64,000 nt of DNA, from the IMG/VR virus record IMGVR_UViG_3300019776_000657, positions 1 to 64,000 of that record. The stretch is one strand, 5' to 3'. This document shows, piece by piece, positions 47,519 to 58,281 of this stretch. Under the pieces are notes generated by a model. The model was given only the letters and a program-made list of their open reading frames with translations, had not been told where the DNA came from and searched no databases. The stretch's first letter is position 1. Each line of letters opens with the position of its first letter. The stretch comes from a virus. A program made the translations under genes and the position numbers.

Positions 47519-50500
47519 TTAAACATATATCTTCATCCACACCATTTGACCATCATTTGTACTAAACTTTTTCCAGACACCATTGACAGCATCAGTTGGT
47601 GCTGTTGGATCTCCTGCTAGTATTGGTACAAATCTTAAGTATTGTGCGTTTGCTGCTCCGCTAGCCACTTGTACAAATGCACTAGCATCCAGTCCATCTA
47701 CTTTGTCAGCATTTAGGTTAGTTACCAGAGTTGTACTAGTTATTTGCATGGTTCCGTCTACATATAATGCTGTGGCCGGACTGACAGCGGCAGCCCTTAC
47801 AGCAATATAACCACTAGTAGCATCTACACCTATACCAGTAGTACCTCCTGTACCTCGTACACCTGCAGTAGTAGCGGCTCCTGTAGTGTTGCCATAAACC
47901 CCATACTCGCCTGTGGTAGTACCATATACTCCTGTTTTTGTGCCACCATTAGCAAATACTCCATAAAAACTACCAGTAGCTAATATACCTATATCTGCTG
48001 TAGGAGTAACAGGTGTTTTTAAATTAGCAGAAAGAAGTCCAGCAGCATTAGCGTTGACCCCTCTAATAACTGCAGTACCGGCAACGTCTAAGTTTCCACT
48101 AAATGTGCCACTAGATCCTGTAATGTCGCCTTTAAACACAGCTGCACCAGTAGTGGCATTAATACTAAATGTAGCCACATCCGCATTTAAGCCAACTATG
48201 CCCTTACTGCTAATTGCAACACCAGATCCAGTAGTAGTTCCATCAGCTGCAATTGCTACAGTTCCTGTTTTAAATCCACCGGCACTTGTAAAGTCTATTG
48301 TTCCACTAAGTGTATCTGCTGCATTTTTATTTAACTTATTAATTACGTCAGCTGCATTACTTACTACAGTAGATGCAGTAGTTGCACCAATTATAGAAGT
48401 AGCAGATAAAGTTCCAGTTATTGTTAAAACACCTGTAGCAGTATCCCAAGTCAATTTATTACCAGCAGAATTACCAATACTAAAATTAGGATTAGATCCT
48501 GAAAAACCTAAAAAGAATCCTGTGCCAGTATCATATGCTGTTTGTCCAGCCTTTATGCTACCTCCACCGTTAAGAGTAATACCTCCCCCGGTAATAGTTA
48601 CACCACTAATAAGACCTGACTGAGCTTGATTTTGAGGAGTTAAATTAGATACATTACCTAATCCTACTTGAGTAGCTGTAGTATTACTGTTTAGAAATTG
48701 ACTAGTATTATAATCGGTGCCACTAACTGTTATACTACCACCAAATACTGCTGTACCATCAGAAGCAATTCTAAAGTTCTTAGCGGATATAGCACCATTT
48801 ACTAAATCAATGGCCATTCCTGCTGTAGCAAAAGCACTGCCGTCAGCAGTACCAGTATGGTTATTAGACAGTATAGAGCCTGCTCTTATCTTACTACCAC
48901 TTATAGTAGTAGAGTTAGCATTGACATCACTGGCTGCACTTCCTGGTTGTAGAGATGAAGCACCAGATGCAGCTCCTGTTTTAACTGTAGATGCTGCAGT
49001 ACCGTCAATAGTTGCAACAGAACTTATACTACCACCAAATACTGCTGTACCATCAGAAGCAATTCTAAAATTCTTAGCGGATATAGCACCATTTACTAAA
49101 TCAATGGCCATTCCTGCTGTAGCAAAAGCACTACCATCAGCAGTACCAGTATGATTATTAGACAGTATAGAGCCTGCTCTTATCTTACTACCACTTATAG
49201 TAGTAGAATTAGCATTGACATCACTGGCTGCACTTCCTGGTTGTAGAGATGAAGCACCAGATGCAGCTCCTGTTTTAACTGTAGTTGCGGATGCCCCATC
49301 AATAGTACTACTACTATTTAGGGATATTGTTCCAGCAATAGTTAAAGCAGTACCACTCCACCTCAAGTAATTAGTGTCATCACCAATATCAAACTTGTAA
49401 ACACCACTACCGCCATCTCCCAAAAAGAATCCAGCAGTTGCAGAACCGTAACTCTTGCCATCACTGTACAAAGACCCACTAGCAGCTATTTTTACACTAC
49501 CCAAGTTTGCACTCAACGCACTCAGGCTACCCACCTTGAGATTACTCAAGTATGGAGCACCCCAGGTTACTGTATTTGTACTGGTAACATACGTACCATC
49601 TGATTGATACATATACTGACCAGCAGTTAAGTTGCTTGTAGCAGTATAGCTCCAAGTTGTACCATCTGTGCTACCAGGAGCAGTACTACCAGTACTAGAA
49701 TTTGGTGTGGCTGGTGCTGTAGCACTATTAGTAACGGCATACACTAAACGGGCTGAATCACCAGTAAGTCCTATACTACCATCTTGCCGGTATCCAACAC
49801 TATTTAAGGTAGCACTTGACCAATTTGTTGGAGTAGTTGTAGCACTACTTAAGTCAGTTATTACCAAGTTAAGTTGATAAAGAGTATAACCACTTCCAGG
49901 AGAACTACCGGCTGAAGCTGCCCAGTTAGTTGGAGATGCAGGAGGATAAGCACTTATTGCTCCACTACTCCAAGTATAGTCAAATGCTTGTGTGTACGTA
50001 CCAGCACCACTGTTGCTCCAACGATAACAACTTACAGTAGTACTCTTGTTACCTGCAGGACCTGTAGCACCTGTAGCACCTGTAGCACCTGTAGCACCTG
50101 TAGCACCTGTATCGCCTTTTACGGCTTCTATATAAGGTGCACCCCAAGTACCTCCAGTATTAGTAGTACTTCCTTGATTGACAACAAATACATAGTCACT
50201 TGCCCATGTGGGAGTTGTTGTTGTTGTTGGTTGTGTTACTAACCATCCACCAGCCGGGGCTGTTAATGCTCCTGTAGAAGCATTAAAGTTACCGCCTGTT
50301 GGTGTGTTTGGTGTAGGAGTATAAGCTGCTTGTAGATATACTGTAGCAGCATAAACAACTTTACCATCAGTACCTGTTTGTCCATTTTTAGCAACTATAA
50401 TTGGATCGCTCCAAGTATTCAGTGTTAACTGTGTAGCAGGAGTAGTTGTAGAAGCCAAAGCAGTAGTCATGTACACTGCTCCAGGATATGCAGGAGTTGT

Positions 50501-53500
50501 TGGCATTGTTAGTGACCAACCTGTGGTACCCCCAGTTTGTGCTCCTAACACAGTTCCTGTAATAGTATACAATACACTGGTTGGTTTAGTAGGTGGACTA
50601 GCAGTATCTGATGCAGAAATGTAGAGTTCAACTCGTTCTTGGGTTGTACCTGCAGTTCCTATATTACCAGTTTTGCTTTTGCTTAAACTAAAACGGCTGA
50701 CTTGACTGGCATAACCACTCTTTGTAGCAGTAATATCGATAAACGCGCTATCTGTGCCTGTTGCTATGTTAGTAACAGTAATAGTTTTATTGCTATCAGT
50801 ACTAGTATAGGTTAGTGAAGCACTACTAGCTGGTGAAGTAGTAAATGTCCAGTTAGCACTATCATCTGTACCACCCAACAATATTGTAGCAGTAGTTGTT
50901 GCACCTGTATAACTCAACACAGTGCCATCATTAGCAGCAGGAATAACATGACTGTCATTACTGAGGTTCATGGCCACACCACCAAGACCGGTTTTACTCT
51001 TACTCAAACTAAATCTACTGGTTTGAGTAGTATAACCTGTTCTTGTAGCAGTGATATCGATGTACGCACTGTCTACACCTGTCGCCATGTTGGTAACAGT
51101 TACAGTTCTATTGCTATTAGTACTAGTATAAGTTAATGAGGCGTTACTGGCTGGTAGAGTACTAAACGTCCAATTGGCACTGTCGTCTATGCCACCCAAC
51201 AATATTGTAGCAGTAGTTGTTGCACCTGTATAACTCAACACAGTGCCATCGTTCTGCGCAGGAACTACATGGCTGTCATTGTTGAGGCCAATAGATGTTG
51301 CTGAAGTACCTGGACTACCCTGTATTGATTTCGACAAGGACTGTACAGCTATAACAGACGAAGTGGTTCCATTTGATCTTGTAAAGCCTATTGTATAGGT
51401 TACAGTGGCATTATTTCCAGTTATACCAGTATGATCGCCTATAGTCACTGTTGTTGTACCAGTTCCACTGGTTATAGAACCTGGAGTAGACAATCCGTTT
51501 GCTGCAATTCCAACAGAGTTTATCTGAACATAATTATCACCTTCAAGTACTCTTATAGTAGTACCTGATCCGGTATATGTTACAACTCCCAAGTTGGTAG
51601 TTTGTAGTTGATGTGTGGGATTACCTAGGACTACAGTTATTCCACTATCGCCATCTTTTACAGCTGAAACAATTGTGGCATCGGTAAGGCTATCTTGGCC
51701 AATATAACAAGTTACAGTTACTTTGGTGTTTGTACCAAAATCTGCTATTCTCAAATATACCACATCTGCATTTGTACTATTTTGTGCAATTGCAGAACCG
51801 CCAGTTGCTGCTGTATACAGTGTTACTGTAGGAGACGTACTCCATTTTACACCATTAACAGTATTTTGTTTTAAAGCAGTTAATTGACATACTTGATCGG
51901 CTATGTTGACGTTATTTTTATCTCTATTAAAGACGTATCTATCTGCTGTTAAGAATAATCCCTTGGCTATTCCACTCAAGACTTGTGGAGTACTCCACTC
52001 AGCGTCTGGAATGCTATCTGTATCTCCAGTATTTGCAGCACTTGCTTGTGTTATCCATACCACTTTACCCTGTGTTTCACTGGGAATTGCATCACTCCAG
52101 TAGTTGGGTGATACGCCAACAGGGAATCCAGTAATATTTCCTGTACTAAAAATATAGGTACTGGTTGTACTGGTATCTCCAACTGCTCTGGTAAAGTCAG
52201 GAGCTACAGTAGTACTATTATTTCTGGCATACAAATATATTGTGGCTGAGTTTATACCATTGTCTGTAAGAATTACAGGTGTGCTCCACTCAGTAGCTGC
52301 AAGAGTATCTGTATCTGTAGCACTAGAAGCACTTATTACTGTTACATAGAGTGGGTTACTGCCTTCTGGTATTGACTTTTGCCAGCCATTTAACAAGGCT
52401 GTATTTGTTATTTCTTTTGTAACAAAGTTGTAGGTTATTTCACCAGGATTACTTGTTAATGCTGTTGCACTTCTTTGATAGGCATAAACAAGTGCAGTAT
52501 TTAAACCAACACCACCCTTAAAAACAACTTGAAGTTCTTCTTTGTCTAATACTTCTGAACTAGTTTCTTCTGCATATAATCGTACAACAAACTTAGTACT
52601 CAAGTCTGTAGAGCTAGGACTAAAGATTATATCATTGGTTTCTGAAGACTGTACTCTTTGTTCAGTTCCTGCTGTAGTGCCTACATAAGGAGTAACTCCC
52701 AGCCAACCATAGTTGGATTCTACACTACCCACATACTTTTTACCAGTTGCCCTGATTTCATTAAACGGTCCCTCAACAATGCTGTTGGGGCTGTTCTTGT
52801 AAACCACTTTTGTACTGGTTACTATTCTGTAGATTGTATTGCTTTCACCATTTTTTACTTTTACAAAACTTTGAGTTTTTGTAATTTCAAAAGGTATTCC
52901 TGTAAGGCTCTTTCCTACAATAGTGAATACAATGTTGCCCAAGTCCTCAGTAAACTCTGTTAGATCGCCCAACACAGCACTAGGATCACCACTTATACTA
53001 TCCTGTACACTCTGTAGTGTTCCAGGTGTAACATTGGTTTCTGTTATAGCAGTAATTTTCCAACGACCCAAAGTAGTACCAGCATCATCATAGGCCAACA
53101 GTGTGCCGCCTTGATACACTGATATTTCAGTACCACTAAACAGTAGGTTGGGACTGGTACCATCAAAGTTTGCAGGTACTTGGTGGCGATCGTTGCTGAG
53201 CTCTACTCTTATAGTAGCCAATTCAATTGCTGTATAGTCAATGTTGAGTACGGCGTCTTGTCTACTCAAGATATTGCTGTCATCAACATGTCGAGCTGCT
53301 ATAACATACTGGCCTGTAACAGCTTCGTCCCAAGTCCAATTTGTTAATGGACCTTGAAACAGTGTTATTCCAGTTTCCCAAGTGGATCCAGGAGCAGTTA
53401 TATCTTTGATAATTGTATAGGTATAATCAGGAGCAGGACAACGATCCCATTGAAACTTCATTTTTCCTGGCAACACCAAGAAGTCAAAGTTTTGTACATC

Positions 53501-56500
53501 ATCTGGAGGATTGCGCTTTCCTATGACTTCATGAGAAATCCAAGGAGTCCAATTACCAACTCGACCACTGTTGTCTATGTATCGTAATCTTACTCTATAA
53601 GTCTTACCTTGTTCTAGGTCTGTAAATGTAATGCTGCTTTTATCTATTTCTGTTGAAAAATATTTATAACTAGCACTTTCATTGGTTCCTATGTCAATTT
53701 GACCCTGTACTGTTGTAACTGTTTTTGGAAGGGTTAGGTCAGCAAAAAACGGCACTCTCATGGCAAAAATAAATCCACGAGTAGCAGTTTTAATCATAAC
53801 ACTTTCATCACTAACAATGCGCTCTGGCATTATTTCAGGTACTTTGTCACCAATGTCATCTATTTGTAACTGTGGAGTATCTGTTATGTTTGGAAAGTAT
53901 GCTAAATTTGTGTAATTGTAGTATTGTGTGAATATGTTATAGGGATTGGGATTATCTGGGCTAGTATCTACACCATAATCAACAAGAGTCAATCTGGCAT
54001 TCTTGGCCCCATTAGTGGGTTCAATTGAAAGCACTAAAAGGTCTTGAGTTTCTGTTTGTAGTTCGCCAAACATAAACAAATCGCCATCACCTGCTTCATA
54101 CTGAGTGGTTGTGGCTGTTGTTTGTATTTTGGAGTAGTAACCGTCTTTTAATTTTATAGTTGCTGTTATTGCGGTGCCAAGAGCAACATATGATACTGTT
54201 CCAACAGCTTTGTATGTTATACTGGTAGTGGTTACTGAAGTAATCACAGCAGTTGTGTTAGAGATTCCAGAGGCTGTTGTTGTAACATTTACTCTGTCAC
54301 CAACGCTAATTGGATGGTTTCCAATTACTAGTGTAACAAAGTTACCAGTAGCTGTAACACCATAAGTTGAAGCATTAAAAGTAGTTTTTACTTGACGTTC
54401 AGTGTTTAAAACTTGATTAGTACCAACTCCAGTATTACTAACACCTCTAAATCTAATAGTATAGTTTTTATTTTCTGCAATGGGTAGATCTTCGTCTAGT
54501 TTAAGAACATCATCACTTATTCTGTCTGTTATTCTGCCGCTCTGAATTCCCCACATGGGTACGTCATGCAACACCTTAACGCGATCACCACGATTACATA
54601 CTAAATACTCTATATCAGTATTAAGTGTATAAATTTCTGGACGAAGTTTGATTTGTGCATAATGCCAACGACCAAAATCTTCTGCAATCTCTGCATTTGT
54701 AATACCAGGCAGTGTTATGGTTTCAAACAGTTCTGCGCTATCTGCTGTTTTACCCGCAGATGGTAGTATTACTTCATTTTCTTGATAGTTTTTGCTCTCA
54801 TCAAAAAACTGTATCTTAAATGCATCAGGATACTTGGGCAGTGCTTTCACACTCTCAAAACCCCAACTGTTATGAGGAGTAAAGTGTTGAACTACTACAC
54901 TTTGTGCTTCATCAATAATTACAGTCCACTTGCCATCTTTTAATGCAGGACTACCACGACCGGCTGCACAAATATCACGTAGTACTTCCAATACACTGCG
55001 TTGGGCTGCTAACACACCATTATACTCTAATGCCTTGCTAACATTGCCAGAAATTTTCTTTATTTGATAGGTCTGACAGTAGTTGTACCAATACTGAAGT
55101 TTTTGTACGTCTACTTTTGATAAGATCTCTGATTCCAGTATTCTTTGTGGGTTAGCTGGATGTGTTAAAACGTGTAGGAATAGTGCTGCAGGATTACTGG
55201 TTGGTGCTAGGGTGGTCCAGTCTGTTAAAACTGTTTGTGAGTTTACTATAGATGTATTTACTGCATTAACATTGGTACCTGTCCATATCTTACAGATACT
55301 TTGTACTACTGCACTGATTCCATCAATAGTACCATTGAGTTGATCTGTTGCCTTTATCTTGATAGCAGTTTTAGCAACTTGACAGTTGTAAGGTGCCCAA
55401 TCTATTGGACTATAGTTAGGATCTGTATAGTAACCAGTAACAGAGTGCAACACAGAGGTGTGGCTTAATCTGTCTGTGTCGTTTGGCTCACTATCATCAA
55501 CTGTAGTACGTCTAATTTTGAATTCTACACCCTCATATTGAGGATATGTACCAGGTTCTGGACTATCTAATAAATATTCAATAGTCTTTGTAAATCCATC
55601 TTTTTCGCGCTTGGTAATAACAACATCGGGTTGGGGTATCCAAGATCCCCAAGCAGCTGTGCTTTGTGCTGTTGCTTTGATCTTGTACCTATACTCAACT
55701 GCAAAAGTCACTGAGGCTTCAAATGTTTTGCCAGAATCACCACCACTGATCTTGATCAACCTCAAGCCCTGTGGAAAAGATATAGCCACAACCGCTTTTT
55801 GTAACTTTTGAGTAAATGTGCTCTCTACCCAATTTGTAGTGCTCTGTTGAAATACAACAGCTGTTTGTTGAAGTTCTGTATCTGAAACATCTAGATCTGC
55901 TTGAACAGAATCTCTTTTTAAGATTGTATCTGAGTATGGTTGCCAAGTGTTAGAATATCCAGTACCTACAAATCCACCACTTGAGTTTGTTTTTCTCATG
56001 TAGTAATTGCCAGTATTATAGTTATCAGCCCACTCTTGACTGTCAACAACTACTGCTTTTTGCTTACCAGTAACAGGATCTAATGTTGTAACTGCTTTGA
56101 AGTTTGCACCTACTAGTTCCAACCCACTAAAGTTTTGTACTACATCACTGGCGACTATTCTTTCAAAAGCTGTTTTTTGTGCTTTTCTTTGTTCTTCAGT
56201 AAGAGCTGTTGCATAACTAACAGTTACTTGTTCAGTATTTTCATAGTTATCCCATTGTGAGGCACCTACTTGCAGTGTGGTTTCATCAATGGATAAAGGA
56301 CCATAACCCCAAGCCAGCATCATGTTTAAATAACTAATACTCTTGCTTTGATTTAGTTCACCTACTAAAGCTTGTTCTAGTTCTGCACCTGCAGCATCCT
56401 CAAAGGTAACAAACGAACCTGCTCCAAGTGGAGGAGTTATTCTTACTTTACCCAACACAACAGGTATTGCACCATATCGGTTGGCCTGATTCTGCCCACC

Positions 56501-57394
56501 ACCAGCAATCATTTGAGCTTCACTGCTGCCAGGATCTCTTTGTGTTGGTGGTCTAATAGGAAAAGCTGCGTTGATTAAGGCACCGCCTGCTAACATAGTT
56601 GCTGCAGATGCTGTGTACGCTACTGCATGCGCAGCTGTAAAACCGCCAGGTATTGCACCAGCAGCTGTTAATTCTCCTCCGGCCAGTTCAAAAGCAGCAG
56701 GACCAATAACTTGATATGCAACTACTACAAGAGCAATGGTTAATACCATTCTCATTGTACCCTTGTCTTGTGGAACAGCGCGGTATTCCACTACATCTGT
56801 ATGATTTAATATTGTACCTGCCCAAGCTGTACGAGGTACTAATACACCATTAACAAAAATGTGTACAGTGCTCTCTAAAACTTCTGCAGTATTATATTGA
56901 GATTTGACAAGGCTGTACAATTGTTCTAGATTAGTACCAGGAACTATAGCAAGAGTAACTCGCTCTGTTTTGAGGGGGTGTGGAACTGCATTTAATACCA
57001 CACCAGCAGCCTCACGATAGCGGTAAAAACCGTGTACACGGTTATTCCACTTTACACTATCAAAACTCTGGATACTACTACCACTGCCCTCTTGAGCATG
57101 TAAAAACTGTGTGTCACTAACGCATACACCAACGTGTGATAGGTGCCCCATTACTCGTAATAGTACAATACAGCCCTCCGCTGGAGTATTTACCTCTTCC
57201 CAGCCTTCACGGTATTGACTTATCAATTCCTCGCTGCGGGCTCTGTCATCTTCTAGGTAACTGTCAACAAAACTGGGTAGTTCTATGTTGTACTCATTTT
57301 TATAAACAAGACGCACTAAACCCCAGCAGTCAATGCCGGCTTCATCACGACCATGATGTTTGTAGGGAATACCAAGATATTTATTTGACCACAT
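47519..57394 (-). CDS. giant central tail/host-specificity protein: NlpC/P60 (gpK-like) + gpI-like + gpJ-like fusion with a long C-terminal fibre
   Basis: GIDCWGL...HVGV...FLHA; NQANRYGAIPVVLG; FPQGL; SNPA; GDRV.V.HDVPMWG; FnIII-like segments. Confidence 0.88.
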   Translation of the reverse strand: MWSNKYLGIPYKHHGRDEAGIDCWGLVRLVYKNEYNIELPSFVDSYLEDDRARSEELISQYREGWEEVNTPAEGCIVLLRVMGHLSHVGVCVSDTQFLHAQEGSGSSIQSFDSVKWNNRVHGFYRYREAAGVVLNAVPHPLKTERVTLAIVPGTNLEQLYSLVKSQYNTAEVLESTVHIFVNGVLVPRTAWAGTILNHTDVVEYRAVPQDKGTMRMVLTIALVVVAYQVIGPAAFELAGGELTAAGAIPGGFTAAHAVAYTASAATMLAGGALINAAFPIRPPTQRDPGSSEAQMIAGGGQNQANRYGAIPVVLGKVRITPPLGAGSFVTFEDAAGAELEQALVGELNQSKSISYLNMMLAWGYGPLSIDETTLQVGASQWDNYENTEQVTVSYATALTEEQRKAQKTAFERIVASDVVQNFSGLELVGANFKAVTTLDPVTGKQKAVVVDSQEWADNYNTGNYYMRKTNSSGGFVGTGYSNTWQPYSDTILKRDSVQADLDVSDTELQQTAVVFQQSTTNWVESTFTQKLQKAVVAISFPQGLRLIKISGGDSGKTFEASVTFAVEYRYKIKATAQSTAAWGSWIPQPDVVITKREKDGFTKTIEYLLDSPEPGTYPQYEGVEFKIRRTTVDDSEPNDTDRLSHTSVLHSVTGYYTDPNYSPIDWAPYNCQVAKTAIKIKATDQLNGTIDGISAVVQSICKIWTGTNVNAVNTSIVNSQTVLTDWTTLAPTSNPAALFLHVLTHPANPQRILESEILSKVDVQKLQYWYNYCQTYQIKKISGNVSKALEYNGVLAAQRSVLEVLRDICAAGRGSPALKDGKWTVIIDEAQSVVVQHFTPHNSWGFESVKALPKYPDAFKIQFFDESKNYQENEVILPSAGKTADSAELFETITLPGITNAEIAEDFGRWHYAQIKLRPEIYTLNTDIEYLVCNRGDRVKVLHDVPMWGIQSGRITDRISDDVLKLDEDLPIAENKNYTIRFRGVSNTGVGTNQVLNTERQVKTTFNASTYGVTATGNFVTLVIGNHPISVGDRVNVTTTASGISNTTAVITSVTTTSITYKAVGTVSYVALGTAITATIKLKDGYYSKIQTTATTTQYEAGDGDLFMFGELQTETQDLLVLSIEPTNGAKNARLTLVDYGVDTSPDNPNPYNIFTQYYNYTNLAYFPNITDTPQLQIDDIGDKVPEIMPERIVSDESVMIKTATRGFIFAMRVPFFADLTLPKTVTTVQGQIDIGTNESASYKYFSTEIDKSSITFTDLEQGKTYRVRLRYIDNSGRVGNWTPWISHEVIGKRNPPDDVQNFDFLVLPGKMKFQWDRCPAPDYTYTIIKDITAPGSTWETGITLFQGPLTNWTWDEAVTGQYVIAARHVDDSNILSRQDAVLNIDYTAIELATIRVELSNDRHQVPANFDGTSPNLLFSGTEISVYQGGTLLAYDDAGTTLGRWKITAITETNVTPGTLQSVQDSISGDPSAVLGDLTEFTEDLGNIVFTIVGKSLTGIPFEITKTQSFVKVKNGESNTIYRIVTSTKVVYKNSPNSIVEGPFNEIRATGKKYVGSVESNYGWLGVTPYVGTTAGTEQRVQSSETNDIIFSPSSTDLSTKFVVRLYAEETSSEVLDKEELQVVFKGGVGLNTALVYAYQRSATALTSNPGEITYNFVTKEITNTALLNGWQKSIPEGSNPLYVTVISASSATDTDTLAATEWSTPVILTDNGINSATIYLYARNNSTTVAPDFTRAVGDTSTTSTYIFSTGNITGFPVGVSPNYWSDAIPSETQGKVVWITQASAANTGDTDSIPDAEWSTPQVLSGIAKGLFLTADRYVFNRDKNNVNIADQVCQLTALKQNTVNGVKWSTSPTVTLYTAATGGSAIAQNSTNADVVYLRIADFGTNTKVTVTCYIGQDSLTDATIVSAVKDGDSGITVVLGNPTHQLQTTNLGVVTYTGSGTTIRVLEGDNYVQINSVGIAANGLSTPGSITSGTGTTTVTIGDHTGITGNNATVTYTIGFTRSNGTTSSVIAVQSLSKSIQGSPGTSATSIGLNNDSHVVPAQNDGTVLSYTGATTTATILLGGIDDSANWTFSTLPASNASLTYTSTNSNRTVTVTNMATGVDSAYIDITATRTGYTTQTSRFSLSKSKTGLGGVAMNLSNDSHVIPAANDGTVLSYTGATTTATILLGGTDDSANWTFTTSPASSASLTYTSTDSNKTITVTNIATGTDSAFIDITATKSGYASQVSRFSLSKSKTGNIGTAGTTQERVELYISASDTASPPTKPTSVLYTITGTVLGAQTGGTTGWSLTMPTTPAYPGAVYMTTALASTTTPATQLTLNTWSDPIIVAKNGQTGTDGKVVYAATVYLQAAYTPTPNTPTGGNFNASTGALTAPAGGWLVTQPTTTTTPTWASDYVFVVNQGSTTNTGGTWGAPYIEAVKGDTGATGATGATGATGATGPAGNKSTTVSCYRWSNSGAGTYTQAFDYTWSSGAISAYPPASPTNWAASAGSSPGSGYTLYQLNLVITDLSSATTTPTNWSSATLNSVGYRQDGSIGLTGDSARLVYAVTNSATAPATPNSSTGSTAPGSTDGTTWSYTATSNLTAGQYMYQSDGTYVTSTNTVTWGAPYLSNLKVGSLSALSANLGSVKIAASGSLYSDGKSYGSATAGFFLGDGGSGVYKFDIGDDTNYLRWSGTALTIAGTISLNSSSTIDGASATTVKTGAASGASSLQPGSAASDVNANSTTISGSKIRAGSILSNNHTGTADGSAFATAGMAIDLVNGAISAKNFRIASDGTAVFGGSISSVATIDGTAASTVKTGAASGASSLQPGSAASDVNANSTTISGSKIRAGSILSNNHTGTADGSAFATAGMAIDLVNGAISAKNFRIASDGTAVFGGSITVSGTDYNTSQFLNSNTTATQVGLGNVSNLTPQNQAQSGLISGVTITGGGITLNGGGSIKAGQTAYDTGTGFFLGFSGSNPNFSIGNSAGNKLTWDTATGVLTITGTLSATSIIGATTASTVVSNAADVINKLNKNAADTLSGTIDFTSAGGFKTGTVAIAADGTTTGSGVAISSKGIVGLNADVATFSINATTGAAVFKGDITGSSGTFSGNLDVAGTAVIRGVNANAAGLLSANLKTPVTPTADIGILATGSFYGVFANGGTKTGVYGTTTGEYGVYGNTTGAATTAGVRGTGGTTGIGVDATSGYIAVRAAAVSPATALYVDGTMQITSTTLVTNLNADKVDGLDASAFVQVASGAANAQYLRFVPILAGDPTAPTDAVNGVWKKFSTNDGQMVWMKIYV
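48730..49284. repeat. near-identical tandem duplication, period 294 bp
   Basis: 48730-48990 matches 49024-49284 apart from a few substitutions. Confidence 0.9.
50061..50110. repeat. 9-bp tandem repeat CCTGTAGCA (collagen GAT triplets)
   Basis: five copies. Confidence 0.9.
50670..51290. repeat. diverged tandem domain duplication, period about 321 bp
   Basis: NDSHV.PA.NDGTVLSYTGATTTATILLGG.DDSANWTF...RFSLSKSKTG twice. Confidence 0.85.
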
Positions 57395-57924
57395 TAGAAT
57401 AACCCCGGAAAGTATTTTGGACTAAAGCTGTGCATTGGAAATGGCTCACGTTCATAGTTTACCATTTGTAGTTCACAGGTTACTTGGTCGCGATTGTAAG
57501 TAAAATTTGTAACATAAAATCCATCAAAGCTCACCTCTACTGTGTTTGGACTAGAACTCAATACCAGTTCTAGTTTGACTTTTGGTGGACTAGTGATGTT
57601 TCTAATAACAGGTGTTAAGTAACGAGTAACATCACGTATTACTATTGAACAACGAGGAGCCTGAGCTTCTTCTTCTTGTGGTAGTGTGATTTCCAGCGGC
57701 AAAAAGGTATAATCTTCTCCACGACTGGTTATACCATAAACAATGTCATTATCTGTTTCATTGATTCTGTGAGTATTGCCAAGGCTGTCAGTACAGTTAT
57801 CACACAAACGAATTTCGCTGTTGGTGCCATCAGAAAATGTTACCAATGTAATAAGATCATTGGCACTTTCGGTAGAAAACAGGGCCCTAAGGGCCTCTGG
57901 AGTCATAGAACTAATTCTGCTCAT
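57394..57924 (-). CDS. minor tail protein, gpL-like (DUF1833-type)
   Basis: Y.FLP.EITLP...; LVL.SSPNTVE; EPFP...F.P..FPGLF. Confidence 0.8.
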   Translation of the reverse strand: MSRISSMTPEALRALFSTESANDLITLVTFSDGTNSEIRLCDNCTDSLGNTHRINETDNDIVYGITSRGEDYTFLPLEITLPQEEEAQAPRCSIVIRDVTRYLTPVIRNITSPPKVKLELVLSSSPNTVEVSFDGFYVTNFTYNRDQVTCELQMVNYEREPFPMHSFSPKYFPGLF

Positions 57925-58280
57925 GGTAAGATTTCTAACTGTAGTTGTACTGTGTAATAACCTGGTGCCGCATAGGAGAGGGTGTAGTAATCACCCTCTC
58001 CTTGCGGAACTATTCTAACATCTGATACAGTACCCAGTCGTGGATGTGGATACTGAAAACGAAGCGTGCCCTGTGTAGTGGTTTTAACAAACGTTTCTAA
58101 AGCGCTAACTTGTGCGTCTGTCATTAGGTATGACACACTCAAAGTTTTGGGTTTGTTGCCACGTTTTCTCATTTTTGCAGGTCCACTATCCATTGGAGTT
58201 CTAGTAACTAGTACTCCTCCGGTTTCAGTGAACCCTTTTTGTGGACTTTGTGGCAGTGTGGTTGGCCAAACTAAGGGCAT
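57921..58280 (-). CDS. distal tail protein, gpM-like
   Basis: WP.TLPQ.P, RT.MDSGPAK.R.R, G.L.F..P.P. Confidence 0.8.
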   Translation of the reverse strand: MPLVWPTTLPQSPQKGFTETGGVLVTRTPMDSGPAKMRKRGNKPKTLSVSYLMTDAQVSALETFVKTTTQGTLRFQYPHPRLGTVSDVRIVPQGEGDYYTLSYAAPGYYTVQLQLEILP

Positions 58281-58281
58281 G

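Noticed and set aside
30293-57394. Diversity-generating retroelement acting on fibre genes
   Set aside because: No reverse transcriptase in the window, and the duplications are tandem and in-frame, not a template/variable pair with adenine-specific differences
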